Shown here: piece after piece, positions 10,607 through 22,100 of the stretch
How the letters are laid out: each line of letters opens with the position of its first letter
Position numbering within the stretch: position 1 is the stretch's first letter
From: an uncultured Chitinophaga sp.
GTDB lineage: Bacteria; Bacteroidota; Bacteroidia; Bacteroidales; GCA-2748055
Direction of reading: 5' to 3'
Assembly: GCA_964404825.1 (NCBI GenBank)
Contig: CAYOLQ010000002.1
Span: forward strand, 325-64,324
Length of the DNA: 64,000 nt
Made by a program: the position numbers and the translations under genes
Notes under the pieces: model-generated
What the model saw: the letters and a program-made list of their open reading frames with translations, nothing else
Databases searched by the model: none
What the model was told of the DNA's origin: nothing

Positions 10607-11185
10607 ATGATTGATTTTTTGCATCAACTGGACGTCAGGATGCTTCTTTTCCTGAATGCGCAGAATTCTCCTTTTTTCGATAAATTAATGTTGTTTATAA
10701 GTGGTAAGGTTGAATGGCTGCCATTATATCTTTTTCTGATATTCTGGATTTTCTATCGATTCCGCAAAAGGGGTTGGATTATTTTTACACTTACACTTTT
10801 TGTTTTTGCTCTCACTGATCAAAGTTCTGTGCATCTGTTTAAAGACGTATTTGAGCGTTTACGCCCAAGTCGCAATCCCGAACTGGAAGGAATGGTGCAT
10901 CTTGTAAACGGATATCGGGGAGGGATGTACGGATTTATCTCATCCCATGCTGCGAACACATTTGGACTTGCAGTATTTTTAAGTCTGGTTTTCCGTGAGC
11001 GATGGCTGGTAATCAGCATTCTTATATGGGCTGCAATTGTAAGTTATAGCAGAATTTATCTGGGTGTCCACTACCCTTTTGATGTAATTTGCGGTGCCAT
11101 GTGGGGTAGTGTGATTGCTTACGGAGTTTATATAGGTTACAAAAAAGTCGATCGTTTCGCAACGCAGAAACAATCAAATACTTAA
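10607..11185 (+). CDS. PAP2-family membrane phosphatase
   Basis: 192 aa, multi-TM. PAP2 motifs KxxxxRxRP (KDVFERLRPS), SSH (FISSHA) and SRxxxxxH (SRIYLGVHYPFD). Confidence 0.8.
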   Translation: MIDFLHQLDVRMLLFLNAQNSPFFDKLMLFISGKVEWLPLYLFLIFWIFYRFRKRGWIIFTLTLFVFALTDQSSVHLFKDVFERLRPSRNPELEGMVHLVNGYRGGMYGFISSHAANTFGLAVFLSLVFRERWLVISILIWAAIVSYSRIYLGVHYPFDVICGAMWGSVIAYGVYIGYKKVDRFATQKQSNT

Positions 11186-11239
11186 ATGTAATTCAAATCC
11201 TATTTGGGATCCATCATTCCTCCTGACATTCGGTTTTTC

Positions 11240-12220
11240 TTAGAACATACCATCCACAAATTCCTCTGGCTTGATATTTTTGAAGTAATCATTGAAACTA
11301 AACGTGGAAAGAATATCATTTATAGCGTTATGTTCATGCTTCACACCTACAAGTGATTTTTCAATCACATCGATATCGTATTTGTGAAAAAAGTCACCGT
11401 AAATGCGTATATCCTGAATTATTCCCTTTTCAACATTGAATTGAAATTCCACGCTTCCGCCTTCGGTACGGATCATTTTTTCAAAATCATATTTTGGAGA
11501 ATAGCCAAAATTCCATTCCCATTTGGAGAATTTTTCATCGCGTAACCGAATTATTCCCGACACATCTTCAGCAGAATACTGGTACTCCTTTGAATCGGGA
11601 TACATTTCCATAATTTGCTTCATTATCCTGTCACGGAACTCAATAACATCCATTTTTTCTTTCAGGTGTTCACTGATATTTGTAACCCTCGAACGTACTG
11701 ATTTTACTGCTTTATCGGTAAATTTCAATGGGTTTACCTTAAGGGCTGAGGAAAGATCTGTCATTACAGCAGAAAACAAAAGTGTTCCATGATGAAGCGT
11801 ACGGTTTTTCCAGACATGCTCGGCGTTACCGGAGAATTTTTTTCCTTCAATAGTAAGGTCGTTTCTGCCTTCAAATTTTGCGTTTATACCCATGGTCTGA
11901 AGCACATCAAGAATAGGTCGGGTAAATTTCCGGAAGTCCACCTGGGCGCCCTCTTCACTGTTCCGTATAAAAGTGAAATTCAGATTTCCCAGATCATGAA
12001 AAACTGCTCCGCCACCGGAAATTCTCCTGACTACTTTTATGTTATTTTCCCTTACATAGTCAACATTAATCTCAGCCAGAGTATTCTGGTGTTTTCCGAC
12101 AATTATGGATGGTTCATTTCTCCAAAGCATAAAGCAGTCTTCTTTGAAATTTTTCATTACATACTCGTCGGCTGCAAGATTGAAATAGGGGTCTGTGTGA
12201 AGGTCTTTGATGCAAAGCAT
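11240..12220 (-). CDS. lplA: lipoate--protein ligase A
   Basis: 326 aa. RRISGGGAVFHDLGN and GKKFSGNA motifs of the LplA/LipB fold. Confidence 0.85.
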   Translation of the reverse strand: MLCIKDLHTDPYFNLAADEYVMKNFKEDCFMLWRNEPSIIVGKHQNTLAEINVDYVRENNIKVVRRISGGGAVFHDLGNLNFTFIRNSEEGAQVDFRKFTRPILDVLQTMGINAKFEGRNDLTIEGKKFSGNAEHVWKNRTLHHGTLLFSAVMTDLSSALKVNPLKFTDKAVKSVRSRVTNISEHLKEKMDVIEFRDRIMKQIMEMYPDSKEYQYSAEDVSGIIRLRDEKFSKWEWNFGYSPKYDFEKMIRTEGGSVEFQFNVEKGIIQDIRIYGDFFHKYDIDVIEKSLVGVKHEHNAINDILSTFSFNDYFKNIKPEEFVDGMF

Positions 12221-12327
12221 AATAAGTAATTTTTACAAATATAGCAATTTATATAGGCATACGTTTTAGGTGTTTTTTTAATTCCTTCTTAAACAAATTA
12301 TGGCAATCCGGTTTCGAATAGCTATTT

Positions 12328-13104
12328 TTGCTCAAACAAATTCAAAAAGCTGTGAAGAAACTTGTTCTGATACCTCTGTCGATTTTCTTTTGGATTTATT
12401 TTGTCGTGTCTTCACTGATTTTTACTCCTATTGCAATTGTAATAAGATTGCTGACGTGGATCCCGGATAGAAATCTGAGAATACTTTCAAAGTTCAGTTG
12501 CTTTTGGGGAGCACAGTATATATGGGTCATTCCTTTATGGACTCTTAAAATTTATGGCCGGAATAAAATCGACGACAGAAAGGTGCAGATATTGGTAACT
12601 AATCATCAGAGTCTGGCTGATATTCTCGTTATGAACAGTCTTTTCAAGCACTTCCGGTGGACCTCCAAAGTTGAAAATTTCCGGGTTCCTTTGGTGGGAT
12701 GGACACTACTTCTTAACCGTTCCATCCGGATTTACAGAAATGCAACAGACGCATGGCAAAAGTTTGAAGCCCAGGCGCTGAAGGCACTTGCTTCCGGTGA
12801 TTCGATTTTGATGTTTGCGGAAGGCACACGTTCCATAACAGGCAAAGTGGGAAAATTCAAGGAAGGTGCATTCCGCCTGGCTTTGAAAACTCATACAGAT
12901 ATTCAACCCTGTGTTCTTGACGGAACATCCAAAGCAATACCGAAATCGGGCTGGATACTCACCGGCAGGCAGGAGATGGTGCTGAAAGTTTTGGATCCCC
13001 TGCCATATGAAAGTTTTAAAGATCTTTCCTCTGCAGAACTTGCTGCAAAAGTGCAGAACATCATCGAAAATGCACTTGAAGAACTAAGAAAAAATAGCAA
13101 TTAA
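12328..13104 (+). CDS. plsC: 1-acyl-sn-glycerol-3-phosphate acyltransferase family protein
   Basis: 258 aa. H(X)4D motif NHQSLAD and FAEGTRS. The apparent start is TTG and there is no in-frame ATG near the N-terminus. Confidence 0.8.
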   Translation: MLKQIQKAVKKLVLIPLSIFFWIYFVVSSLIFTPIAIVIRLLTWIPDRNLRILSKFSCFWGAQYIWVIPLWTLKIYGRNKIDDRKVQILVTNHQSLADILVMNSLFKHFRWTSKVENFRVPLVGWTLLLNRSIRIYRNATDAWQKFEAQALKALASGDSILMFAEGTRSITGKVGKFKEGAFRLALKTHTDIQPCVLDGTSKAIPKSGWILTGRQEMVLKVLDPLPYESFKDLSSAELAAKVQNIIENALEELRKNSN

Positions 13105-13884
13105 ATGTTTGCCCCGGCACCGGAATTGAAGGTTTTAAAGAAGATGAATTATATCTCCGATCAGAAAGGTATAATCAGACGCTTTCTTCGTGAACAGAAT
13201 GGATGGCAATCACACCTGTCCAGAACCAGCAGCTTTATCCTCAGTGTTTTAGAAAAGCATGAAACGAATCATATTGTTGTTTTAGGCAGTGGATGGCTAT
13301 TGGATTTTCCCCTGGAAAATATTCTGTCTTTAGTTCAGAAAATAGACCTTGTGGATATATATTTTCCGTCTCAGGTTCTTAAAAAAGCAGCGAAATACAG
13401 TAAAGTTGAATGCATTAAAGCCGATATCACGGGAGGTTATATCCAGTCGGTTTATGATCAGCTTAGAAATACTGATACGGTTTTTAAAATACCGGAAATT
13501 AAGTCTGATAATCCGATATTTCCGGAGCAGGGAAAACTCATTATCTCCCTGAACATTCTTAACCAGCTTGATATTTTGCTGATTGATTATATCTGTAGTA
13601 AGATAGTAATGGAAACTGAGCAGATTCAAAGGCTCAGACAGATACTGCAGGAATCGCATATAAACCTTTTACAGGAACATCCTTTTATTCTGATAAGCGA
13701 TTATAAGGAATTACTTATCAACAGGCGCGGGGATGTGCTGGAAGAAAAGGAACTTATTTTTACCCGATTTCCTCAGGGGAAAATAGTTGAGGAATGGGAT
13801 TGGTTTTTCGATTCGCACCAGCTCTATAATTCCCGTGGAAACACTGTAATGAAGGTCAAAGCTGTTTATTCCGAGGGCTCTTAA
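13105..13884 (+). CDS. hypothetical protein with a Rossmann, class I SAM-methyltransferase-like motif pattern
   Basis: 259 aa. VVLGSGWLLD (motif I-like), LVDI, ADITG and IISLNILNQL. The start codon directly follows the plsC stop (TAAATG). Confidence 0.35.
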   Translation: MFAPAPELKVLKKMNYISDQKGIIRRFLREQNGWQSHLSRTSSFILSVLEKHETNHIVVLGSGWLLDFPLENILSLVQKIDLVDIYFPSQVLKKAAKYSKVECIKADITGGYIQSVYDQLRNTDTVFKIPEIKSDNPIFPEQGKLIISLNILNQLDILLIDYICSKIVMETEQIQRLRQILQESHINLLQEHPFILISDYKELLINRRGDVLEEKELIFTRFPQGKIVEEWDWFFDSHQLYNSRGNTVMKVKAVYSEGS

Positions 13885-13958
13885 AAGCTAAAAATCTGCC
13901 ATTCAGGCTGTTAATTTCTTTGTTGAAAAACAAATGAAGAAAGCCAGCCCCTTTTGAG

Positions 13959-13966
13959 TATATTTG
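13959..13966 (+). promoter_or_regulatory. candidate -7 box (TATATTTG) for parE
   Basis: Exact TAnnTTTG match. It lies inside the ORF-track TTG extension, which favours the ATG at 13984 as the true start. Confidence 0.35.
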
Positions 13967-13983
13967 CGCAAACAACGAGGATT

Positions 13984-15852
13984 ATGACTGGGATTTATTC
14001 CGAAGATAGCATAAGGACACTAGACTGGAAAGAACATATCCGTAAGCGACCCGGTATGTATATCGGGAAACTGGGTGATGGATCTTCCCCGGACGATGGA
14101 GTGTATATCCTTATGAAAGAAGTGCTCGACAATGCCGTTGACGAGTATATGATGGGATTTGGTAAGGGTATCGATATTTCAATCGAAAACAGACAGGTTA
14201 CGGTTCGTGATTATGGCCGTGGCATTCCGCTTGGCAAGCTTGTTGAGGTGGTTTCAAAAATGAATACAGGAGCCAAGTACGATTCAAGAGTTTTTAAAAA
14301 ATCAGTTGGATTAAATGGCGTAGGTGTCAAGGCCGTTAACGCCCTTTCTTCAGCGTTTCATATTGAGGCAATTCGTGAAGGCCGCATAAAATCAGCTGAC
14401 TTTAATCAGGGCGAACTTGTTTCCGATCCCCCTGAATCAGAAACTTCCCTGAAAAACGGAACCATTGTAAGTTTTACTCCCGATGAGGAGATGTTCGGGA
14501 ATTTTCGCTTTATCGATGAATACATCGAGAGCATGATAAAAAACTACTGCTACCTCAATGCAGGTCTTGTAATTTCTTATAACGGGAATAAGTTTGTCTC
14601 TAAAAACGGTTTATTTGATCTGCTCACTGAAAATATAGGTGGCGAAGGTCTGTATCCGATAATACACCTCCAGAACGGAGATATTGAAGTAGCGCTTACC
14701 CACGGAGAACAGTATGGTGAAGTATATTACAGTTTTGTAAACGGGCAGCATACTACTCAGGGAGGTACTCACCTGATTGCATTCCGTGAAGCACTTGTTA
14801 AAACAATACGCGATTTTTATAAGAAGGATTTTGATCCCGCCGATATAAGAGCCTCAATAATTGCTGCAATCAGCGTTAAAGTCGAAGAACCTGTTTTTGA
14901 GTCGCAGACCAAGACAAAACTTGGCTCAAAGGATATGGGTCCCGAAGGCCCTTCGGTCAGGAATTTTATAATGAATTTTATTGCATCCAAACTAGACGAC
15001 TACCTTCACAAGAATCCGGAAACCGCAAATATCCTTCTTCGCAAAATTCAGGATTCGGAGAAAGAAAGGAAAGCGATATCAGGAATTCAGAAACTGGCAA
15101 GAGACCGTGCAAAGAAAGCAAGTCTGCATAATAAAAAATTACGCGACTGCCGAATCCACTATAATTCTAATGATGAACGACAGGAGGAGACCACCCTTTT
15201 TATAACTGAGGGGGATTCAGCAAGCGGATCCATAACAAAGTCAAGAGATGTTAACACCCAGGCTGTATTCAGTCTGAAAGGTAAACCCCTGAACTGCTAT
15301 GGGCTTACCAAGAAAATTGTATATGAAAATGAAGAGTTCAACCTGCTGCAATCTGCGCTTGATATTGAAGAAGGTTTGGACTCCCTTCGTTATAAACAGG
15401 TAGTAATTGCTACGGATGCCGATGTAGATGGTATGCATATCCGGCTTCTGCTGATCACTTTTTTCCTTCAGTTTTTTCCAAATCTGGTAAGGACAGGACA
15501 TTTGTACATTCTAAAAACTCCGCTTTTCAGGGTAAGGAACAAAACAAAAACTTTCTACTGTTATAATGAAGATGAGAAGCAAAAGGCAATAGTTAAACTC
15601 GGAACCACTCCTGAAATCACACGGTTTAAAGGACTAGGAGAGATATCTCCTGACGAGTTTAAAAACTTCATAGGTAAAGATATTAAACTGGAACCCGTAA
15701 GACTTCATAAGGATGATTCCATTAGCGGTATTCTGGAGTATTACATGGGTAAAAATACGCCGGAACGTCAGGACTTTATCATCGGAAACCTGAGGTTTGA
15801 AGATGATGTGGTGGATGAGGAAGTTGCAGAGCAGGTTGCGGAGGCCGTTTAG
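13984..15852 (+). CDS. parE: DNA topoisomerase IV subunit B (type IIA topoisomerase ATPase subunit)
   Basis: GHKL ATPase and Toprim motifs ([26 protein letters not shown]). About 620 aa, directly upstream of the A subunit. Start trimmed from 13954 to the ATG at 13984. Confidence 0.85.
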   Translation: MTGIYSEDSIRTLDWKEHIRKRPGMYIGKLGDGSSPDDGVYILMKEVLDNAVDEYMMGFGKGIDISIENRQVTVRDYGRGIPLGKLVEVVSKMNTGAKYDSRVFKKSVGLNGVGVKAVNALSSAFHIEAIREGRIKSADFNQGELVSDPPESETSLKNGTIVSFTPDEEMFGNFRFIDEYIESMIKNYCYLNAGLVISYNGNKFVSKNGLFDLLTENIGGEGLYPIIHLQNGDIEVALTHGEQYGEVYYSFVNGQHTTQGGTHLIAFREALVKTIRDFYKKDFDPADIRASIIAAISVKVEEPVFESQTKTKLGSKDMGPEGPSVRNFIMNFIASKLDDYLHKNPETANILLRKIQDSEKERKAISGIQKLARDRAKKASLHNKKLRDCRIHYNSNDERQEETTLFITEGDSASGSITKSRDVNTQAVFSLKGKPLNCYGLTKKIVYENEEFNLLQSALDIEEGLDSLRYKQVVIATDADVDGMHIRLLLITFFLQFFPNLVRTGHLYILKTPLFRVRNKTKTFYCYNEDEKQKAIVKLGTTPEITRFKGLGEISPDEFKNFIGKDIKLEPVRLHKDDSISGILEYYMGKNTPERQDFIIGNLRFEDDVVDEEVAEQVAEAV

Positions 15853-15901
15853 GTTTCGGCATTCAGAAAACAGCTTTAAAGAAATTGAATAGCTTAGCAT
15901 T

Positions 15902-18541
15902 ATGATCGATGATTTTGAATTAATTGAGAACCCTGAGGGAGGAAAGCCTGAACAAAGTGAAGCGCTTACCGATGGTGGAAACAGGGATGGGGCAATTACT
16001 CCTAAGGTGGTGCATTTATCAGGGATGTATCAGGACTGGTTTCTCGATTATGCTTCTTATGTTATTCTGGAGCGGGCAGTTCCTCATATGGACGATGGAC
16101 TGAAACCGGTTCAGAGAAGAATACTTCATGCCATGAAACGTCTGGATGACGGACGTTATAACAAGGTGGCAAATATTATTGGCCACTCCATGCAATACCA
16201 TCCTCACGGGGATGCGTCAATTGGTGATGCTTTGGTGCAAATGGGTCAGAAGGACCTTCTGATCGACATGCAGGGGAACTGGGGAAATATTCATACTGGC
16301 GATAGCGCAGCCGCACCGAGGTATATTGAAGCCCGCCTTTCGAAATTTGCCCTTGAAGTTGTGTTTAATCCTAAAACCACTCAGTGGAAACTCACCTATG
16401 ACGGAAGGAACAAGGAACCTGTAACCTTACCTGTAAAATTTCCGCTCCTGCTTGCCCAGGGTGCAGAAGGAATTGCAGTTGGTCTCGCATCGAAGATTCT
16501 TCCTCATAATTTTAATGAACTGATCGATGCTGCTATTGCATACCTTCAGGGTAAGGATTTCGAGTTGTTTCCTGATTTTCCGACAGGGGGATTAGCTGAT
16601 TTTCAGAAATATAATGACGGGCTCAGGGGCGGAGCCATAAAAGTCAGGGCAAAAATCGAGAAACTGGATAAGAAAACCCTGCTTATTAAAGAAATTCCTT
16701 TTGGAAAAAATACCGGAAGTCTGATAGAATCCATTCTGAAAGCCAACGAAAAAGGAAAGATTAAGATCAGGAAAATTGACGATAATACCGCGGAGAATGT
16801 TGAGATACTGGTTCATCTGGGCCTCAATGTATCCCCCGATAAAACAATCGATGCGCTTTATGCTTTTACCGATTGCGAATTACCGATATCGCCTAACTGT
16901 TGCATCATTGAGGACAATAAGCCCAGATTTGTAGGAGTTACCGAGGTCCTAAAACTGAATACCGACCATTCCCTGGAACTTCTGAGGATGGAGTTGCAGA
17001 TTCGTTTATCGGAACTGGAAGAAGCCTGGCATTTTTCATCCCTCGAAAAAATATTTATTGAGAAAAAGATTTACCGTGACATCGAAGAGGCCGAAACCTG
17101 GCAGGCGGTAATTGATGCAATCGATAAGGGTCTGGCTCTATATAAAAAATTGTTTCTGCGGGAAATAACAGTTGAGGATATTACACGTCTTACTGAAATA
17201 AAAATCAAACGCATTTCGAAATTTGATTCCGGAAAAGCTGACGAGCAGATTCGTTCAATTGAAGGAGAGATTGAGGAAGTAAAGAACCATCTGAACAACA
17301 TTGTTGAATACACAATCAATTATTTCAGGCAGATTAAGAAAAAATACGGGAAGGGGAGAGAAAGAAAAACCGAAATCAGAAGTTTTGAAACCATCGAGGC
17401 TACCAAAGTAGTTGTTGCAAATGAAAAGCTTTATGTAAACCGTGAAGAGGGATTTTATGGTACCGGCCTTAAAAAGGATGAATATGTTTGTGACTGTTCA
17501 GATATTGATGAGGTAATAAGCTTTCGCAAAGACGGTGTTTTCGTTGTGAATAAGGTTGCAGATAAGGTTTTTGCCGGAAAAGATATTATGCACATTGCGG
17601 TATTTAAGCGAAATGATGCACGAACAATTTACAATGTTGTTTATTTCGATGGTCAGACCGGACATACTATGATGAAGCGTTCTCCGGTTACAGGAATAAC
17701 CAGGGATAAGGAATACAGCTTTATAAAAGAGCATAAAAACTCGAAAATTCTATATATGACAGCCAATCCCAACGGTGAAGCTGAAGTTATAAAAGTCTAT
17801 CTGAAACCCAGGCCCCGGCTTAAGAACCTTGTGTTCGAAATGGATTTCAGCGAACTAAGCATTAAGGGTAAGGCATCACAGGGAAATATACTCACCAAAC
17901 ACAGTGTGCATAAAATTGTGATGAAGGAAAAAGGGATCTCCACCCTTGGGGGAAGAAAAGTCTGGTGGGATGAAGTAGTTATGCGACTTAATGCTGACGG
18001 AAGGGGGAAATTTCTGGGCGAATTTGTCGGAAGCGATCAAATATTAATCGTTACCAAATCAGGCATGTTCAGAACCAGTAATTTTGATCTGAGTAATCAT
18101 TATGAAGATAATATCCTGCTGATTGAAAAATTCAGACCAGAAAAGATTTTCTCAGCTTCCTATTTCGATGCTGAGCAAAACTATTACTACGTAAAACGGT
18201 TTACTCTTGAAGACTCCGAAAAACAACAGAGTATTATTGGTGAACATCCCGAATCGAGGCTTATTCAACTTTCCGAGGTTGAGTATCCACGTCTTGAAGT
18301 TCGTTTTGGAGGAAAAAATAAGGGTAGGGAACCGGAGATTATAGAAGTAGCCGATTTCATAGGGGTAAAGAGTTTTAAAGCTAAAGGAAAGCGACTTTCA
18401 ACATATGAAGTAAGTGTGATTAAGGAGCTTGAACCGCTGATGAGGGAAATTCTTTTACCTCCAGTTACCGATTTGCAGGAAGAACTCAAGCCTGATCCGG
18501 ATGCACCTTTCACGGCTAGTCAGATGTCACTCGACCTTTAA
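15902..18541 (+). CDS. parC: DNA topoisomerase IV subunit A
   Basis: 879 aa. DGLKPVQRRIL and the active-site region AAPRYIEARL. No GyrA-box (QRRGGKG) is visible and the gene is paired with the B subunit, which supports ParC over GyrA. Confidence 0.85.
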   Translation: MIDDFELIENPEGGKPEQSEALTDGGNRDGAITPKVVHLSGMYQDWFLDYASYVILERAVPHMDDGLKPVQRRILHAMKRLDDGRYNKVANIIGHSMQYHPHGDASIGDALVQMGQKDLLIDMQGNWGNIHTGDSAAAPRYIEARLSKFALEVVFNPKTTQWKLTYDGRNKEPVTLPVKFPLLLAQGAEGIAVGLASKILPHNFNELIDAAIAYLQGKDFELFPDFPTGGLADFQKYNDGLRGGAIKVRAKIEKLDKKTLLIKEIPFGKNTGSLIESILKANEKGKIKIRKIDDNTAENVEILVHLGLNVSPDKTIDALYAFTDCELPISPNCCIIEDNKPRFVGVTEVLKLNTDHSLELLRMELQIRLSELEEAWHFSSLEKIFIEKKIYRDIEEAETWQAVIDAIDKGLALYKKLFLREITVEDITRLTEIKIKRISKFDSGKADEQIRSIEGEIEEVKNHLNNIVEYTINYFRQIKKKYGKGRERKTEIRSFETIEATKVVVANEKLYVNREEGFYGTGLKKDEYVCDCSDIDEVISFRKDGVFVVNKVADKVFAGKDIMHIAVFKRNDARTIYNVVYFDGQTGHTMMKRSPVTGITRDKEYSFIKEHKNSKILYMTANPNGEAEVIKVYLKPRPRLKNLVFEMDFSELSIKGKASQGNILTKHSVHKIVMKEKGISTLGGRKVWWDEVVMRLNADGRGKFLGEFVGSDQILIVTKSGMFRTSNFDLSNHYEDNILLIEKFRPEKIFSASYFDAEQNYYYVKRFTLEDSEKQQSIIGEHPESRLIQLSEVEYPRLEVRFGGKNKGREPEIIEVADFIGVKSFKAKGKRLSTYEVSVIKELEPLMREILLPPVTDLQEELKPDPDAPFTASQMSLDL

Positions 18542-18556
18542 TTCATACAATTAGAA

Positions 18557-19063
18557 TTGAGAATATACCTGATAGGATTTATGGGGGCCGGAAAATCCTC
18601 TTATGGCAGGAAACTGGCTAAAGCAATCGGTTTCCGGTTTATTGATATGGATTCTCAGATTGAGGAACTTGAAGGAATGAAAGTGAGCGATATTTTTAGT
18701 CAAAGGGGAGAAGAATGGTTCAGAACAAAAGAAACTGAAGTGCTGCACCTGCTGGGAAAAATTGAGGAAGATGTCATAATTGCAACTGGGGGAGGGGTTC
18801 CGTGTTTTAATAATAATATGGATTTTATAAATTCCAACGGATTATCAGTTTATCTTAAATTGTCTGCAGAAGCACTGGTAATGCAGCTTTCACGAAGCAA
18901 TAAACCTCTCAGACCTCTTTTAAAGGGAAAAACAGACCAGGAATTGCTGGATTATGTTAAGCAGAAGCTTAGCGAGAGGGAGATATTTTATCAGCTTTCA
19001 AAAATTATTGTACCTGCTGAAAAACTGAATATTGAGACACTGAAAGCCCGTCTTAAGCTTTGA
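18557..19063 (+). CDS. aroK: shikimate kinase
   Basis: 168 aa. P-loop GFMGAGKSS and the GGG motif (ATGGGV). Confidence 0.9.
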   Translation: MRIYLIGFMGAGKSSYGRKLAKAIGFRFIDMDSQIEELEGMKVSDIFSQRGEEWFRTKETEVLHLLGKIEEDVIIATGGGVPCFNNNMDFINSNGLSVYLKLSAEALVMQLSRSNKPLRPLLKGKTDQELLDYVKQKLSEREIFYQLSKIIVPAEKLNIETLKARLKL

Positions 19064-19170
19064 ATTAATATCAATAACCAAAGGATTCAACTTTTTTAAT
19101 AAATAAGCCTTACAAACCTTCACTGTTAACTTGATTTTTAATATATTGCTTATCTAAAAAATAAATTCCT

Positions 19171-22100
19171 ATGCAAGGGGGAATTGCCCGGGCTCTTAAT
19201 ATTGAAAAAAATGAACAATCAAGTGTTTTCATTCTGATTATTCAATCTGTTTTTATTGGATTTTTTGCTGGTTCCTTTGATGTTGGCGCTCAATCTTTGT
19301 TTCTTAGTGTTTACGAAGCTTCTCTTATTCCAAAAGCATTTGTTTTATCGGGGGTCGTGGGGATAATTATTACTTCGGTTTATACCAGACTTCAGGCCCG
19401 GATGAAGTTTTCCGGTTTTGCACTTATAAACTATATTTTTATTGCATTAATAACCCTTTTGCTGAGACTGGGGTTTGAATTCACAGATGATAAACGTCTT
19501 GTTTTTGCCGTTTTTGTAATGATGGGTCCTCTGACAATCATCAGCTTTCTGGGTTTCTGGGGAACGGTTGGTCGATTATATACTCTCAGGCAGGGTAAAA
19601 GACTTTTTGGGTTGATTGATACCGGACAAATATTAGGCATCATTATTGTTTCCTTTGCCATACCTGTGCTGATTACTTTACATTTTAAAGTGCTGAATAC
19701 CCTCCTCGTAGGCTCGGTAAGTATAATTCTGGCTTTGCTTTTACAGATTATTATCACAAACCGTTTTAGTTTTCAAAAAGTTGAACAGAAATCCGAGATT
19801 AAGGACAATTTCTTAAGCCTTTTTAAAAATCATTACACCCTTCTGATGGCCTTGTTTATTGTGTTTTCAGTCGTTGCAGCCTTTTTTGTTCACTTTTCTT
19901 TTCTTACTGTACTTGAGAGCAACTATCCGGATCCTAATGCTCTTGCTTCATTTCTGGGAGCTTTCATGGGTACTCTGACTATTTTCACCATTCTGATTAA
20001 GACATTTGTGTACGGCAGAATTATGAAAACATATGGGCTGAAACTTGCTCTCATCATATCTCCTGTATTGCTCTGCCTGTTTACATTTATTGCCGCCATT
20101 ATAGGAAGCATTTATGGTTATACAATAGCATCAGCTAGTTTTACTTTCTTTTTCCTGCTTATTGTCCTCAGCAAACTTTTTGCTAAAAGTCTTAAAGACT
20201 CAATTGAAGTCCCCGCATCAAAAATATTATATCAGTCTCTCGATGCAGGTATCAGGTATAATGTGCAGGCAAGGATAGACGGTACTGTAAATGAACTGGC
20301 TGCTTTTTCTTCCGGATTACTGCTTGCCGGTCTTGGTTTGATTGCTTTTGTGAAAATCATACATTTCTCATGGTTTCTGCTTTTTATTCTCATTATATGG
20401 GCATATGTTGGAGCCAGGCTATATGCTGCGTATAAGGTGTCACTTGGGTCATCCCTTGAGAAATTTCAGAAACTTTCCATGGATGGACATTCCGAACTAT
20501 CTGTTACTGAAAAAATATTACCCGGAACAAGTGATCCTGCTAAAGTTTCTGCTGTTCTTGAATTCGCTCCCCAATCCTGGAATGGATATATATCAAAAAA
20601 CTTCAATAGCTTGTTCAAAGAGAATGATAAGATACGTTCAATGACCTTCTCGATCGTCGATGATTTGGATTTGAAAGAAAAAGGAGAACAACTTGAGAAA
20701 TACAGTAAGGATTTAACCGCCGCTCAAAGGTCCCGTTTGAAAGTAATGATGCAAAGGTTCAGAATTGATAGTAAAAAAGCGGGTGAAGAAGAGATAAGAG
20801 AATTATTAAAAAGCGATAATCCGGATGACAGGAAAAAAGGACTGATTATTATTACTGAGAAAAGTGACCCTAAATATTTTCCCAGAATAGTTCCCATGTT
20901 CCGCGATCCATCACCTTCCGTTAGAATTAGTGCAATCAGATCTGCGGGTATGTTGAATCGCAAGGACTTTGTGACCTATCTGATTGATATGCTTGAGGAC
21001 CCGGGATACTACTCCTATGCTTTTAATGCTTTGGCATCTATGAGCGATGCAATTCTGGAAAATCTTGAACATGGGTTTCATAAAACAGGAATTACAGACA
21101 AGGGCATGATAAGGATAACCCGCATTGTTGTATCCATTGGAACTCCCGAAGCGGCTACATACCTGTTCAGAAAGCTGGATCACTTTAACCGGAATGTTTT
21201 TTCATCCGCTGTCAAAGGGATTCAAAAAATCGGTATCACTCCGGATGAAAATGAAAAGTCAAAGATATTCTCTGCCCTTTACAAGATTTGCGGAATAAAT
21301 GCATGGAACCTTACAGCCAGGTATAGTCTCAGAGATTTTGAGGCAGGGGCTGAGCTGGCAATTGCCCTGGACGAAGAAATCTCAGAGAATTATGATCTGA
21401 TTTATTCGCTTCTGTCAATCGCATATGATCCATCTACAGTTTTTCACATTCGAAAAAACCTTGAAAGCGGAACTTCTGAAGGTATTGGTTTTGCTATTGA
21501 GCTTCTGGACCTTTTCGTGGATGAGCCTGTTAAGCCATTTCTCTTCCCCTTACTGGATGATTCGCCGGTTTCTGAAAAGGTTAGACTACTTCAGTCGGAA
21601 TACCCGGTTGAACCGATGAAGCCTGAGCAATTATTAACTTCTATTATTAACAGAGATTACAATCAGATAAATCCTTATACCCGGCTTAGTGCCATCCATG
21701 CACTTAACCGTATTGAAGGATATTTACCCGGTAAAGACCTTGTTGCACAAATGTTCAATTCCGATCCGCTTCTAAGAGAGGAAGCCTCAGCCATGGTATA
21801 CAAATTGGATACTAAATTATACTCGGAAGTTCTGAGACGCTTACCGGTGAGCTATAAACTATCAGTAGAAGAATTTTTACGATCAGCCGGAACCGAAGAA
21901 GAAAGCGGACATTTCAGAAAATTCAGGTACCTCAGGGCAATGGAAATATTCAGTAATTTTAGAAACCATCAATTACTGGATATTGCAAGGAAATTTGAAT
22001 TGCATAAATTTGAACAAAATGAAGATCTGCCTGCAAGGAATTTTTTCAAGCCCAACCAGATACTTCTTTTGGTTGAAGGAAGATTACACATAGAAACAGG

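Noticed and set aside
13954-18541. Alternative annotation of the type IIA topoisomerase pair as gyrB-gyrA.
   Set aside because: The B subunit is short (~620 aa). The A subunit shows no GyrA-box and has a long, divergent C-terminal domain. The two genes are adjacent, as parE-parC commonly are in this phylum. A phylogenetic placement would settle it.
19064-19170. Search for a canonical TAnnTTTG promoter ahead of the six-gene operon.
   Set aside because: Only imperfect matches are present (TATATTGC, TAACTTGA). I cannot support a specific promoter call, and read-through from aroK cannot be excluded.
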